From assembly GCA_965238075.1 (NCBI GenBank), contig OZ250173.1:1888001-1952000 (forward strand): a stretch of DNA of 64,000 nucleotides, read 5' to 3'. This document shows, piece by piece, positions 10,673-20,927 of the stretch. Positions within the stretch are counted from its first letter, which is position 1. Every line of letters begins with the position of its first letter. Origin of the DNA: Candidatus Entotheonellaceae bacterium (GTDB lineage: Bacteria; Tectomicrobia; Entotheonellia; Entotheonellales; Entotheonellaceae). The notes under the pieces were generated by a model that saw only the letters and a program-made list of their open reading frames with translations, had not been told where the DNA came from and made no database searches. Both the position numbers and the translations under genes were made by a program.

Positions 10673-11140
10673 TCATCGCGAAATAATACTCTCAGATTTC
10701 ATCGTTAAACGTTCAGTGTCGGTGTAGCCATGCGGTCTGTAGACCGCAATCGGATCCTCTTCCCGTTCGATGAGTCTGGCGCTGCTTAAAAAACCGGCCA
10801 GAACTTCATCGTCATACTCCGCCCGACTTTCGTCGAGGTCGCCGTCCAAAAACAAACTGGCAACCGGCTCTTGACCGGACAGGACTCGGTCCGGCATCGC
10901 TAACATCAGGGGTGCGGGTATGTCCAGCGTGGTAAAAAATTGGACGATTTTGTAACCCGGCTCAGGTCCGTCACTGACTATCTGCCAGTTGACGATAGCC
11001 TGAGTGACCGCGTCACTGTCAGAGTTATCGTAAGATGATGACGATGCACCATCTCCACCACCACCACAACCCGTCAGGACACAGAGTCCGGTGGTGGCAG
11101 TGGCACCAAGCAAAAAGTTCCGACGAGTTAATCTCAACAC
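10673..11140 (-). pseudogene. N-terminal part of a Tat-exported lipoprotein (probable hydrolase), interrupted
   Basis: TRRNFL twin-arginine motif and LTGC lipobox. Confidence 0.6.
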
Positions 11141-11181
11141 TGCAGTCTCCTTCCTGTGTGAACAGTGTGTAAAAAACTACC

Positions 11182-11700
11182 CACTGTACATGACAAAAGT
11201 CATTAAGTAGTTGAAAGACAAGGTGTAACCTCCTATGGCGGAAGGTCTCAAACCGATCTGCAACGACTCATGTCTCAGGGAGATTACACCCGTGAAGCAC
11301 TCTACCATGCTCGCCGACTTGCTCCAATCGACCTTTGCCTTACACCGCGCTCGCCTCACCTGCCTGGCCGCCATCGTCATCGCCTTGTTCAAGGTCAAAA
11401 TCGTCAATCTGGCACAACCCGGCACCGCCTTCCCAGGCGCCGCCGAGATCGGCTCGCACGGTCGGCGCCTGAAATGCTTCTTCAAACACGTCCAATTCCA
11501 ACCCGCTCGCATGGCTGAGTTCATCCTCGCTTTTCTACCCGATGCCCCCTACACCTTAGCCTTGGATCGAACCCAATGGATGCTTGGCAGGACACCGATC
11601 AACTTCCTCGTCTTGTTCGTCGTCCACGACGGCATTGCCTTTCCTCTTTTCTGGAAGGTTCTGGCGAAAAAGGGCAATTCCAATACCCAGGGGCGCATCT
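11182..11700 (+). mobile_element. Truncated IS4-family (ISAba1-like) element
   Basis: End CACTGTACATGACAAA; ORF from GTG 11292 with HRARLTCL, LALDRTQW, KKGNSNT; C-terminus missing. Confidence 0.8.
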
Positions 11701-11813
11701 CGGTAGCGGCGGTGAAAACGGGGAGAAGAGAAAGATACTGAAAATAAAGGGGCCGGCAGCTCCCCACGCGCCGGATTCTTTCAACGTTTCCGTAGGCATA
11801 AGGAGGCTCACTT

Positions 11814-13307
11814 ATGACTGCATCTGTCACCGCTTCGATGCTCTACGATCTCGTGTCGTGTCCGCATCGGGTTGCTATGGATCTGTTCGCCGACCCCTCG
11901 GAGCGCGATGCGCCAAATCCATTCATCCAGCTCCTCTGGGAGAAAGGCTCGCTTTTCGAGAAACAGGTCATCGAAGGTCTGGAGGTGCCCTGCACCGATC
12001 TTTCCCTGGAAGCTGGCGACGAAAAGGAACGGCAGACGCTGGAGGCCATGCAGCGCGGCGATTTCATGATCTACAGCGGACGTATACAGGCTGTGGGCCT
12101 GCTCGGTGATCCGGATCTGTTGCGCAGAGAAGGTGACGGGTATATGGCTGGCGACATCAAGTCAGGTTCGGGGGAGGAAGGCCCAGAGGACCATTCAAGG
12201 CCCAAGAAGCACTACGCCGTACAGCTCGCCCTTTACACGGACATTTTGGAGCGCAAGGGCCTTTCCGCTGGCAGACGCGCCTTCGTCTGGGACATCAACG
12301 GGGAAGAAGTCGTCTACGACTTCGAGGAACTTCACGGCAAACGGAATCCGAGGACCCTCTGGCAAGACTACCAGGAGTGTCTCGGCGAAGCGAAATCAAT
12401 CGTTGATCAGGCCAGTAAGACCCTTGCTGCATACAGCAGTCTCTGCAAGCTTTGCCACTGGTACACCGCTTGCACGTCACGCCTGGTCGATGCGAACGAC
12501 CTGACGCTGATCCCCCAGTTGGGCCGCACCAGTCGCGACACCTTGATGAATCGGTTCCCGACCATCCTGTCTTTGGCCGAGTCCGATCCCGCCAACTTTG
12601 TCGTTGGTAAAAAGACTGCCTTTCCGGGGATCGGGCTTGCGACCCTGGAGAAGTTTCACGCCCGCGCGCAGCTCATCGCGGCAGGTGACAAGGCAAAGCC
12701 CTATCTCCGGGAGTCGATCACGCTGCCAGGGGCGGAGTTGGAACTCTTTTTCGATATCGAAGTCGACCCGATGCGCGACATTTGTTACCTGCACGGATTC
12801 GTTGAGCGGCGCCACCGCAACAACGAAACGGAGAGGTTCGTTGCCTTCTTTGCCGATGAACCCACTGCGGAAGCCGAACGGCAGGCCTTTGAGGAGGCGT
12901 GGTGCTACCTGCGGGAACGTCAGTCCTGCGTCATGTATTACTACTCGAAATACGAGCGGACCATCTACAGGAAACTCCGCGAGAAATACCCTGACGTGTG
13001 CACGGAGGAAGAACTGGAAGCGCTGTTCGACCCGGAGCGGTCGGTGGATCTTTATTACGACGTGGTACTCAAGGCCACCGAATGGCCGACGCGAGACTTT
13101 TCGATTAAGACGTTGGCGAGTTATCTGGGGTTTGCTTGGCGGGATCCGCATCCGTCTGGAGCGGCGTCAATTGAATGGTTTCACCGTTGGGTAGAAACGG
13201 GCGATGCAACGATTCGCCAACGAATTCTTGACTATAACGAAGACGATTGCCGGGCGACGCGCGTCCTGCGTGACGGGATTGATGGCCTTGCCTTGAAGCC
13301 GAGGTAA
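11814..13307 (+). CDS. TM0106-family RecB-like nuclease with RNase H-like C-terminal domain
   Basis: GDPDLL...GDIKS..Y.VQLALY; FFDIEVDP; SIKTLA; ILDYNEDDCRAT. Confidence 0.88.
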   Translation: MTASVTASMLYDLVSCPHRVAMDLFADPSERDAPNPFIQLLWEKGSLFEKQVIEGLEVPCTDLSLEAGDEKERQTLEAMQRGDFMIYSGRIQAVGLLGDPDLLRREGDGYMAGDIKSGSGEEGPEDHSRPKKHYAVQLALYTDILERKGLSAGRRAFVWDINGEEVVYDFEELHGKRNPRTLWQDYQECLGEAKSIVDQASKTLAAYSSLCKLCHWYTACTSRLVDANDLTLIPQLGRTSRDTLMNRFPTILSLAESDPANFVVGKKTAFPGIGLATLEKFHARAQLIAAGDKAKPYLRESITLPGAELELFFDIEVDPMRDICYLHGFVERRHRNNETERFVAFFADEPTAEAERQAFEEAWCYLRERQSCVMYYYSKYERTIYRKLREKYPDVCTEEELEALFDPERSVDLYYDVVLKATEWPTRDFSIKTLASYLGFAWRDPHPSGAASIEWFHRWVETGDATIRQRILDYNEDDCRATRVLRDGIDGLALKPR

Positions 13308-13425
13308 GCCGGATGACCGAGCTGCAGCAAACGGAGGACGCCCTATGAAATCCTTTCAACTTGTCGTCGAGCAGACCCGTCGTTCTGGATGGGCGGCGGG
13401 GTAGTTGGTTTTGGCAGTCCGATTG

Positions 13426-13459
13426 AGGCCGTCCTGAGTATCGGGACGGCCTTTTTTTT
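13426..13459 (+). terminator. Rho-independent terminator
   Basis: AGGCCGTCCTGA-GTA-TCGGGACGGCCT followed by a T-tract. Confidence 0.8.
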
Positions 13460-13548
13460 CTTCGAGGCCAAGGAAGGGAGAGGGTGTTGTCCGGCAGCAC
13501 CAGCCTTCACCGGCCGGTGAGGAGCGAAAGACTCTGGAACAACGAGAT

Positions 13549-15447
13549 TCAGGCCAGACGCAGCACCAGATCTTCGGGAATCGGCAGGCGGGCGATTTGT
13601 CCGGGAAAGCCGAGTTCCTGGCGGATGACCTGAAAAAAAACGCTGTCGTGCACCTTCCGGCCTTGCAGACGACTGGCCAGCACGTCGGCGACGGCCAAGT
13701 CCCGACTGAACGTGACCAAGCCGGGGTGCGGTATGAGGTCGTAATTGCCCCACCGACTTCGGTATAGCCCGCGCCGGTTCCAGCGCACCGCGGCGTGCAG
13801 TCCTTCCACCATCCCATACATGTCGAATAGACAACCGTACAGCTTCGCCAGATCACAACAGACACGGGCAAAATGGGTCATGTTCGGACCGTGCCACGCC
13901 GTGCGCAGCACGTCCGGGATGAGGCCGAACAGATTGGCGACACTGAGGCGCGTCGGCCCCTTGAACCGTGCGAAGCTGAGGAACGGCGCGCCGCGGTGAG
14001 CCAACAGCGCTTCGGGTACATAGGCAGCCAGGGCGGGATGATGTAGCCGTACACCGGCCTCGCGCAAGATCGCCTCAATGCTTTCTTGCGGCGCGCACCG
14101 TCCGTCCCAGAAGGCTTCGGTGACATTCAGGTACTGTGCTTTGTGCTTCCGAATCACCTCTGCCAGGCCGGTGCGCCGCAGGTAGTCCGCCTCTTGCTCG
14201 GCAATCCAGGCGCGATGTTGCCGGCTGTGCTTGGCCCAATCCCATGTGGCGCCGCCGAGGTTGCGGCTCGACGTATGGCCCTCAAGGAGCACCGCCTGTC
14301 CGGGCAGGGCGCCGAGCAGCATGTCCAGGGCCACCGGGTCCGTGTACGTTCCCGGGGCGTAACCGTGCCACGTGACCTTGATGAAGACGTGCGTGGGGGA
14401 AGATGATTGCCGCAAGCGTCCGAAGAGACGGGCGAGTCCTTCCTGGTCGTAGACCTCGGCAACAAGGCCGGTGCCGTAGCACAGGTTGGCGTCCAATGGC
14501 TCGGTCAGGTCGGTGAGCGGGCAGCTTGTCTGGGGGCCGCGTAGACGGCTGACCTGTGGGCTGCGGCGCTGTTTGGCGGATGGTTCCTTGACGGCGAATT
14601 TGTCGCGTCTTTCTTGCCAGAGCCGCAGGATACGTTGCGCGAGCCATGTCAGTAGCCCAGGCGTGGCCCGGTCTCGGTCTGACGGCAGGGCAATGCTCCC
14701 GACAGGCTCCGTCGTCATCCAGGTGCGTGCGGCCGGCACCGTGCGGCTGAACTCGTCGCAGCTCGTTCGTACCTCGTCGTCGTGTGCATTGCGCCACGCC
14801 GCCTGTGGCACGATGACCCACGTCAGGTGTTCCCGCGTACAGCGTTCAAGCTGTTCCCGCAGCGAGGGCCGGGCATGGCGGCAAAATCCCACCTCGCCCC
14901 GCGCGCAACCGACTTGTTCCCATAGCAGGCGCATCAACCGGTAGCTTTGTGACCGTCCGGCGCCGGCGCCGTCACCGCTGGCGGCGAGCAGCAGGCCCAC
15001 CTGCTCGGGCTTGAGGGGCGAGCCCGCGAGCTGTTGGTACACGCGCTCCGCCCAGGCCTCGACCAACAAGGGGTGACAGGGGTCCACGTCGTCGTAGGCG
15101 ATCGTCGTCTGGGGAAATTGCTGCCGTACGCTTGCGGTAATTTCGGCCAGTTGTGCTTTTTGCACGAGGCCAAAATCAAGCATGGTGGGAATCAGGAAGA
15201 TATCGCCCCTGCGGGCTGCCGCCTCGTGGGCCAGGACCGTTGCCAGGTCGAAACGCAGCGCGGCTGACGGCTTGTCGGGCGCGCGCAGGAGGTGAGACGC
15301 GGGTGGCAGGCAGGCCAGACGGATACGCGGCGCAAAGCCGAGTTGCGGCGCCAACGGCTCCGTCAGCGCCTCGGCTTGCGCCAGGGCGGTCGGCCAGTCG
15401 GGGTGATACGCCGTCAACTCGGTGACGAGTATGAATGAGGGAGGCAT
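13549..15447 (-). CDS. Degenerate CbiX-like chelatase domain fused to a DUF362-like domain
   Basis: N-half HPLLVEAWAERV, RLMRLLWEQ...EVGF...RPSL (CbiX-like, no GHGS His); C-half VFIKV..GTYTDP, FKGPTRLSVANLFG..WHG (DUF362-like). Confidence 0.65.
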   Translation of the reverse strand: MPPSFILVTELTAYHPDWPTALAQAEALTEPLAPQLGFAPRIRLACLPPASHLLRAPDKPSAALRFDLATVLAHEAAARRGDIFLIPTMLDFGLVQKAQLAEITASVRQQFPQTTIAYDDVDPCHPLLVEAWAERVYQQLAGSPLKPEQVGLLLAASGDGAGAGRSQSYRLMRLLWEQVGCARGEVGFCRHARPSLREQLERCTREHLTWVIVPQAAWRNAHDDEVRTSCDEFSRTVPAARTWMTTEPVGSIALPSDRDRATPGLLTWLAQRILRLWQERRDKFAVKEPSAKQRRSPQVSRLRGPQTSCPLTDLTEPLDANLCYGTGLVAEVYDQEGLARLFGRLRQSSSPTHVFIKVTWHGYAPGTYTDPVALDMLLGALPGQAVLLEGHTSSRNLGGATWDWAKHSRQHRAWIAEQEADYLRRTGLAEVIRKHKAQYLNVTEAFWDGRCAPQESIEAILREAGVRLHHPALAAYVPEALLAHRGAPFLSFARFKGPTRLSVANLFGLIPDVLRTAWHGPNMTHFARVCCDLAKLYGCLFDMYGMVEGLHAAVRWNRRGLYRSRWGNYDLIPHPGLVTFSRDLAVADVLASRLQGRKVHDSVFFQVIRQELGFPGQIARLPIPEDLVLRLA

Positions 15448-15467
15448 TGTCAGGCCACCATGCGTCC

Positions 15468-16595
15468 TTACGCCGCGCCTGCCTTGGGCAAGTGGCCGGC
15501 GCGGACCAGGCAACCGAGCGTGTCACAAATCACGCGGCAGGCCATCAGAGAGGTGATCTCGGCGTTGTCGTACGGCGGTGCACACTCGACGACTTCCATG
15601 CCGGCGAAGCCCTCGGCGGCTATCAGGTGGATGAATTTCAACACCTCTCGCGGCAGAAAACCACCCGGCTCCGGCCATCCCGTGCCGGGAACAAACGCCG
15701 CGTCGAGACAGTCGATATCGAACGACAGCCACACCGCATCGGCCCCGTCCCATGCTACCTCAAGGGCGCGTTCCGCAGCTTTCTCGATTCCCATCTCGAC
15801 GCAGTCCGTGACGGTCATGATCGTTGTGCCGCGTTCCCGTGACACCTTGACCCCGGCGCGCGGCGCCTGCCAGCCGCCAATACCGATCTGCACCAGGTTT
15901 TTGGCCGGCACGTTGGGCAGGTTGGTGGCATGAAACCACGGCGTGGTGTGCATGCGTTCGTCGAGGTCCGTGTCTTGCGTGTCGACATGGCGGTCGAAGT
16001 GGATGATTCCAAGGTTGCCGCCGCCCAGATGCTCGGCGATTGCTCGTGTGGTGGGATAACCCAGCGAGTGATCGCCGCCGAGCACCACCGGAAAAGCGCC
16101 CGAAGCAAAGACGTGTCCCACGGCCTTGCTCACCTGGTCGAAGGTCTTTTCGATATTGGCGGGGATGGTGAAAATATCGCCCAGGTCGCACATGGTGATC
16201 GATTCACGCAGGTCGACGCCGAGCTCGAAGCTGTAGGAGCCGTACAGGGCGGATATTTTGCGGATGCCCTGCGGTCCGAAGCGGGCGCCGGCCCGGTACG
16301 TGGTGCCGCCGTCGAAGGGCGCCCCAACAATCGCTACGTCGTAGTTGCCGCATTGCCGCACGTCCTCAAGGAAATGTTGCTTGAGGAAGGTGTTGATGCC
16401 GGCGAAATGCGGTAATTCCCCGCGGCTGAACGTGGGTATTGACCGGTCCACGACCGAATCGGCCGCCGGCAATCCCACCTCGAGCCGCCAGGCGATTTCC
16501 TGCTCGTATTTCGTTTGCGGCAGCGCAGCTTCCGCCTCGACGGCGTAACGCGCCTCCGGACCGTGCCGCGACTGCGGTGTGGCATCCTCAGGCAT
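15468..16595 (-). CDS. gdmH: Guanidine hydrolase (arginase/ureohydrolase family, GdmH/Sll1077-type)
   Basis: DRSIPTFSRGELPHFAGINTF, HFDRHVDTQ..DLDERMHT.PWFHATN, SFDIDCLD, GWPEPGG match recalled Synechocystis Sll1077. Confidence 0.88.
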   Translation of the reverse strand: MPEDATPQSRHGPEARYAVEAEAALPQTKYEQEIAWRLEVGLPAADSVVDRSIPTFSRGELPHFAGINTFLKQHFLEDVRQCGNYDVAIVGAPFDGGTTYRAGARFGPQGIRKISALYGSYSFELGVDLRESITMCDLGDIFTIPANIEKTFDQVSKAVGHVFASGAFPVVLGGDHSLGYPTTRAIAEHLGGGNLGIIHFDRHVDTQDTDLDERMHTTPWFHATNLPNVPAKNLVQIGIGGWQAPRAGVKVSRERGTTIMTVTDCVEMGIEKAAERALEVAWDGADAVWLSFDIDCLDAAFVPGTGWPEPGGFLPREVLKFIHLIAAEGFAGMEVVECAPPYDNAEITSLMACRVICDTLGCLVRAGHLPKAGAA

Positions 16596-16631
16596 TCCTG
16601 TTCTCCTCGCTCCCAACGTGTATATCTTGTA

Positions 16632-17534
16632 TCACAACGCCTCATCACCAACGTACGTCATGCGAAAAATCGGCAAGGGCATGTCCCGGGCTTCTCCCGG
16701 CGGATGAATAAGTTCCTCCAAGCGCTGCTTGGTGGCAAAGAACGCCGGCGCCAGCAGGTGCTCGGGGCGACGCGGCCGCGGCACGGGCACCTCGATGATC
16801 TCCTTGATCGAACCGGGATTACGCCCCAGCACGACAATCCGGTCGGCCAGGTAGGTGGCTTCGTCAAGATCGTGGGTGATAAACAGAACGGTGATATTGA
16901 CGTTACGCCAGATCTGCAACAGATAACCCTGCATCTGCGCCCTGGTCTGCGCATCGAGGGCCCCGAAGGGTTCGTCCATGAGCAGAACGCGCGGCTCGTT
17001 GGCGAGGGCGCGGGCAATGGCCACGCGCTGCTGCATACCGCCCGAGAGTTGGTGTGGATAGTGGTCGATAAAGTCAGCCAGCCCCACCATGTCGATCCAC
17101 TGTCTGGCGGTTGCCTCGGCGTGCTGCGAGCTGCAGCCGGTCATGCGCAGTCCGAACATGACGTTCTTTTTCACCGTCAGCCACGGGAACAGGGTATAGC
17201 TCTGAAACACCATGCCGCGCTCTGGGCCCGGCTCCCGCACTGCTTCGCCATCCAGCAGGACCGTGCCGGCCGTCGGGGATTCCAGGCCGGCAATGATCCG
17301 GTTCAGGGTCGACTTGCCGCAGCCGGAGGGACCGATGACACAGATGAATTCGCGGCGGTGGATCTGGAAGGTGATGTCCCGGAGCGCCACCACGTCCTCG
17401 CCCTGGCTGCCGATAAAGGTCTTGTCGAGTCCCTGGACGTGCAGAATCACCGGGCGCTGCCGGATGCGGCCAAAACGCTCGCGCACCGCCGGCTCCATGT
17501 CCGTATAGCTGGGAAGTTCAAGAGGCAGCGCCAT
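16632..17534 (-). CDS. ABC transporter ATP-binding protein (NitT/TauT type, guanidine-associated)
   Basis: [24 protein letters not shown]. Confidence 0.92.
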   Translation of the reverse strand: MALPLELPSYTDMEPAVRERFGRIRQRPVILHVQGLDKTFIGSQGEDVVALRDITFQIHRREFICVIGPSGCGKSTLNRIIAGLESPTAGTVLLDGEAVREPGPERGMVFQSYTLFPWLTVKKNVMFGLRMTGCSSQHAEATARQWIDMVGLADFIDHYPHQLSGGMQQRVAIARALANEPRVLLMDEPFGALDAQTRAQMQGYLLQIWRNVNITVLFITHDLDEATYLADRIVVLGRNPGSIKEIIEVPVPRPRRPEHLLAPAFFATKQRLEELIHPPGEARDMPLPIFRMTYVGDEAL

Positions 17535-18600
17535 CAACAGACCTCGCCTCCCGGGTGGGAGATGCGGGAACGGCGGCCGGCACCCGTCTACGGACCGCGG
17601 CGCCGAGCGTTCGAGAGAGGGTCGTCAGAAAGCCTGGGGCCCCTTGCCGCTGCGCCGGAAACATCTGGCGTCCGAACAGCCGCAGGATCTGATCGGTGCC
17701 GATCCCAAGCAGGCCGATGCTCACGATGCCGGCATAGACCCGCTCGAAATTGAAATAGCGCCCCTGCTGCTGGATATACGCCGTGATGCCGCTCTTTTCA
17801 CCGATGAGCTCCGCCACGATGAGGTACGTCCAGGCCCAGCCGAGCAGGATGCGCATGTCGATATACAGCCTGGGCAGCACACCGGGAATCACCACGTGCG
17901 TCACCAGCCGCCAGCGCCTGGCGCCGAGGGTCTGGGCGGCTTCCAGGAGCGCGGTGTCGGTCTGCCGCGTGGTGTTGGCCAGCACCAGCACCATCTGGAA
18001 GAAGGTGCCGATAAAGATGATGGCGACTTTCGGGGCTTCCTGGGTGCCGAGAATGGCGACCATCAGCGTGCCGAAGGCTGGCGCCGGCATGTAGCGAATG
18101 AAGTCGATAACCGGTTCGTTGAGCTTCGAGAACAGGGCGAACGTGCCGCACAGGACGCCCAGCGGCACGCCCAGGAGGCTCGCCCACACAAAACCCCAGA
18201 AGATAACCCGCAGGCTTTCGTAGATCCGTTGGTGGAACCATTTGTCGGTTATCCGGTTGCGCGGCGGTGTGGTGAAGACCGTGTACAGGGCGTGCAAGAC
18301 CTCATGGGGTGCCGGCAGGAACACGGGGTTGGCCGGCTGGCCCACGGCCGGCGTCTTGCCGTCTTGTAACGCCCGGGCATTCATCCGCTCCACCATCGGC
18401 GGGTCGTACCGTTTGCCCTCCAGCAGGACGGTGTCGTGAGACGCAAGGATCAAAACCTTGGGGTGCCAGACGAACGGCAGATAACTGACCGCGCACCACA
18501 CGCCGCAGGGCAGCAGGAACGCCAGGATGCTCAGCGCCAAGGCACGGCGTGGCGCGAACTCGCGTCGGACCGCCAGCCAGGGTGTTGGCGCGTGCTGCAT
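17518..18600 (-). CDS. ABC transporter permease (NitT/TauT type)
   Basis: [31 protein letters not shown]. Confidence 0.92.
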   Translation of the reverse strand: MQHAPTPWLAVRREFAPRRALALSILAFLLPCGVWCAVSYLPFVWHPKVLILASHDTVLLEGKRYDPPMVERMNARALQDGKTPAVGQPANPVFLPAPHEVLHALYTVFTTPPRNRITDKWFHQRIYESLRVIFWGFVWASLLGVPLGVLCGTFALFSKLNEPVIDFIRYMPAPAFGTLMVAILGTQEAPKVAIIFIGTFFQMVLVLANTTRQTDTALLEAAQTLGARRWRLVTHVVIPGVLPRLYIDMRILLGWAWTYLIVAELIGEKSGITAYIQQQGRYFNFERVYAGIVSIGLLGIGTDQILRLFGRQMFPAQRQGAPGFLTTLSRTLGAAVRRRVPAAVPASPTREARSVDGAAS

Positions 18601-18601
18601 G

Positions 18602-19621
18602 CTACTTCTGCTTCAGGGTAAAGGTGAGGCTCGGGTCGAAGTAGCTATCCCCGGTCTCCGCCTGCGGATAGACGCCGTACTTGACGTTGAAGGTGTCGAC
18701 GTAGGCGTTCGAGCCCTTGAGGGATTTCAGCCCCGCCGATTCGTCGGCCTGCCAGACGGACAGGGCCTCGTCGAGCGACAGGATGCGCGTGCCGGCCAGA
18801 AACGGGGCGTATTCGTCGGGCGGCAGCCCGACGCGGGCACTGAGTATTTCGAGCATCTCCTCGCGGTTGGCCGGGTCCTCCATGAACGCCACGATGCGAT
18901 ACCACACCCGCACCACTTTGGCCCAGTCGCCGCCTCTTTCTGACAGGCTTTCGTGCGACACGTACAGCATATCGTAGATGATGCCGGGACTGTCCGCGCT
19001 GGAGTACAGCCGCTTCGAGCCGGGAACGATCTTGAGCGCCTGGCCCGAGTTCGGCTGCCAGGCGGTGATGGCGTCGACGCTGCCGGCTGCCAGCGCCTGG
19101 GGCAGTTCATTCGTTGGGATATTCACCAGCGTGACGTCGTTTTCGGTCATGCCGTGGGCTTCGAGGGCCGTCAGCAGCAGCAGGTGCCCGACAAAGCCGA
19201 CCTCAACGCCGACCTTTTTGCCTTTCAGGTCCGTGATCGAATCAATGCCGGGTTGGCCAACGACCATATCATTGCCGTTGGAATAGTCGTTCAGAATAAT
19301 GGCGGTTGACGGCTTGCCTGAAGCCGCCCCTATGACCAGGGCGTCGCCGTTCGTCATGCAGACGGCATCAGCCTGGCCGGCGGCGAAGGCATCCATGCCC
19401 GCTACGTAGTCCATCCACAACAACTCCACCGCGACGCCTTCCTGAGCGAAAAAGTCCTTCTGTCTGGCAATCTCCCAAGTCACCCAGCCGGGCCAGTCGC
19501 TGTAGATGAGTTTCAACGCTGGGCGATCCTCAGCTACGGCATGAGCGCCCCAGCCGGGCAGCAGGATCAAGCCCAGTAGACATAGACACAGTATCTGCCG
19601 CTTCATAGTCGCGTATGCCAT
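18602..19621 (-). CDS. ABC substrate-binding protein (guanidine/urea-carboxylase-associated type)
   Basis: Signal peptide; [23 protein letters not shown]; start uncertain. Confidence 0.88.
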   Translation of the reverse strand: MAYATMKRQILCLCLLGLILLPGWGAHAVAEDRPALKLIYSDWPGWVTWEIARQKDFFAQEGVAVELLWMDYVAGMDAFAAGQADAVCMTNGDALVIGAASGKPSTAIILNDYSNGNDMVVGQPGIDSITDLKGKKVGVEVGFVGHLLLLTALEAHGMTENDVTLVNIPTNELPQALAAGSVDAITAWQPNSGQALKIVPGSKRLYSSADSPGIIYDMLYVSHESLSERGGDWAKVVRVWYRIVAFMEDPANREEMLEILSARVGLPPDEYAPFLAGTRILSLDEALSVWQADESAGLKSLKGSNAYVDTFNVKYGVYPQAETGDSYFDPSLTFTLKQK

Positions 19622-19738
19622 GCGTTTTTCCACCTTCTTCGCTCCTTTGTAGACTGTGCACCGCGAGGCGGGAAACCCGACAGGCAACACGGATTGCGCC
19701 TGTATGCCTCCCGCACGAGCCCCTGTGTCACTTGATGA

Positions 19739-19773
19739 AGCAAATTAGGTGCCAAAGAGCAAACGGGATGCCA
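19739..19773 (-). promoter_or_regulatory. Two tandem sigma-54 (-24/-12) promoter motifs
   Basis: Minus strand TGGCATCCCGTTTGCT (19773-19758) and TGGCACCTAATTTGCT (19754-19739), both GG-N10-GC. Confidence 0.75.
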
Positions 19774-20069
19774 AATTCGCAAAGTCGCTGCCCGATCGGC
19801 TCGACATCCGGGACCTGTTGCCGAATGATCATCACGACTTGCAACGGGTTGGCGCTTTGACACGATCAAGTCTTTCGGCAGAGCCGGGCCGGGACCGGGG
19901 AAGAGAGCAATTCCACAAGAACGGCTTGTATCATAACATTTACGTAGGAAAGTCCACATTAAGGTTAAAATTATGCGTTCTGCCGGAGCAATCTCACGCA
20001 GACAAGCTTGCACGCCGCAAGCCTTGGCGGTCATACTGGCCGCAAATTGTCAGAAAAGGAGTTGTTCAG

Positions 20070-20927
20070 ATGTCGTTACCGGCTGCACAGGATAGGGAAG
20101 GAATGCTGTCGTTGGAGACGCCGTTCGAGGCGTTGCCGCTGGTTTGTGTGGATGTCGAGACCACTGGGTTGACGCCGGACAAGGGCGCCCGTGTTTGCGA
20201 GATTGCCTTGCTGCGCAGCGCGGGGGAGCGGGAAGTGGCGCGCTTCGAGTCGCTGGTGCATCCGCAGCAGCCGATACCGCCGGAGGTGATCGCCGTGCAC
20301 GGCATTACCGACGCCATGGTCGCCGAGGCGCCTGCCTTCACGGCCCTGCTGCCGGATATCCGTGACCTGCTGCAGGGCGCCGTCGTCGTTGGCCACAACG
20401 TGCACTTCGACCTGCGCTTCCTGCGCCACGAGTGGCGCATCGCCGGCGACGCGCTGCCGGAATGTGTCGCTATCGACACGCTTTCCTTGGCGCGTACGTA
20501 TTTCGACTTCTCCCGCAACGGCCTCGGCGCCATCGCCGCCGCCCTGGGCATCGCCCATACCGCCGCGCACCGCGCCATGGGCGACGTGCTGGCCACTTGG
20601 AACGTCCTGCAGCATTTTGTCGCGGAATTGCGCCGTCGTGGGCCGGTGACCCTGGCCGATCTGATCCTGCCGCGCGTGCCTGACGCCGCCGGCGTCGGCA
20701 TCCGCGACATGGTAACCGCCCTGCAAGACGCCCTGCCTCAGAGTGCCCCCCTGTGCATGCGCTATCGTGCTTGGCACGCCCCCGAAACCGTCCGCGTCGT
20801 GCAGCCCCTCAGCGTCTACTTCCAACGCGGTTACGGTTTCCTTCATGCCTTCTGCCACCTCCGCCGCGAGGAGCGGCACTTCCGCCTGGATCGTATCCTC
20901 GAGCTCAGCCCATTAGGTGACGAGTAG
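20070..20927 (+). CDS. DnaQ-like DEDDh 3'-5' exonuclease with C-terminal WYL domain
   Basis: VDVETTG, GHNVHFD, HRAMGD; C-terminal RVVQPL..FLHAFCHLRREERHFRLDRI; RBS AAGGAG. Confidence 0.85.
   Translation: MSLPAAQDREGMLSLETPFEALPLVCVDVETTGLTPDKGARVCEIALLRSAGEREVARFESLVHPQQPIPPEVIAVHGITDAMVAEAPAFTALLPDIRDLLQGAVVVGHNVHFDLRFLRHEWRIAGDALPECVAIDTLSLARTYFDFSRNGLGAIAAALGIAHTAAHRAMGDVLATWNVLQHFVAELRRRGPVTLADLILPRVPDAAGVGIRDMVTALQDALPQSAPLCMRYRAWHAPETVRVVQPLSVYFQRGYGFLHAFCHLRREERHFRLDRILELSPLGDE

Noticed and set aside
8995-10768. DGR template/variable repeat pair
   Set aside because: Differences are indels rather than adenine-specific substitutions, and no reverse transcriptase is in the window
15468-16595. 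Agmatinase speB
   Set aside because: DRHVD, GWPEPGG and the N-terminal TFSRGELP extension fit GdmH-type enzymes better
19622-19800. Guanidine-I/II/III riboswitch
   Set aside because: No ykkC 3' motif, no paired ACG(A/G)-loop hairpins, no ykkC-III pseudoknot pattern
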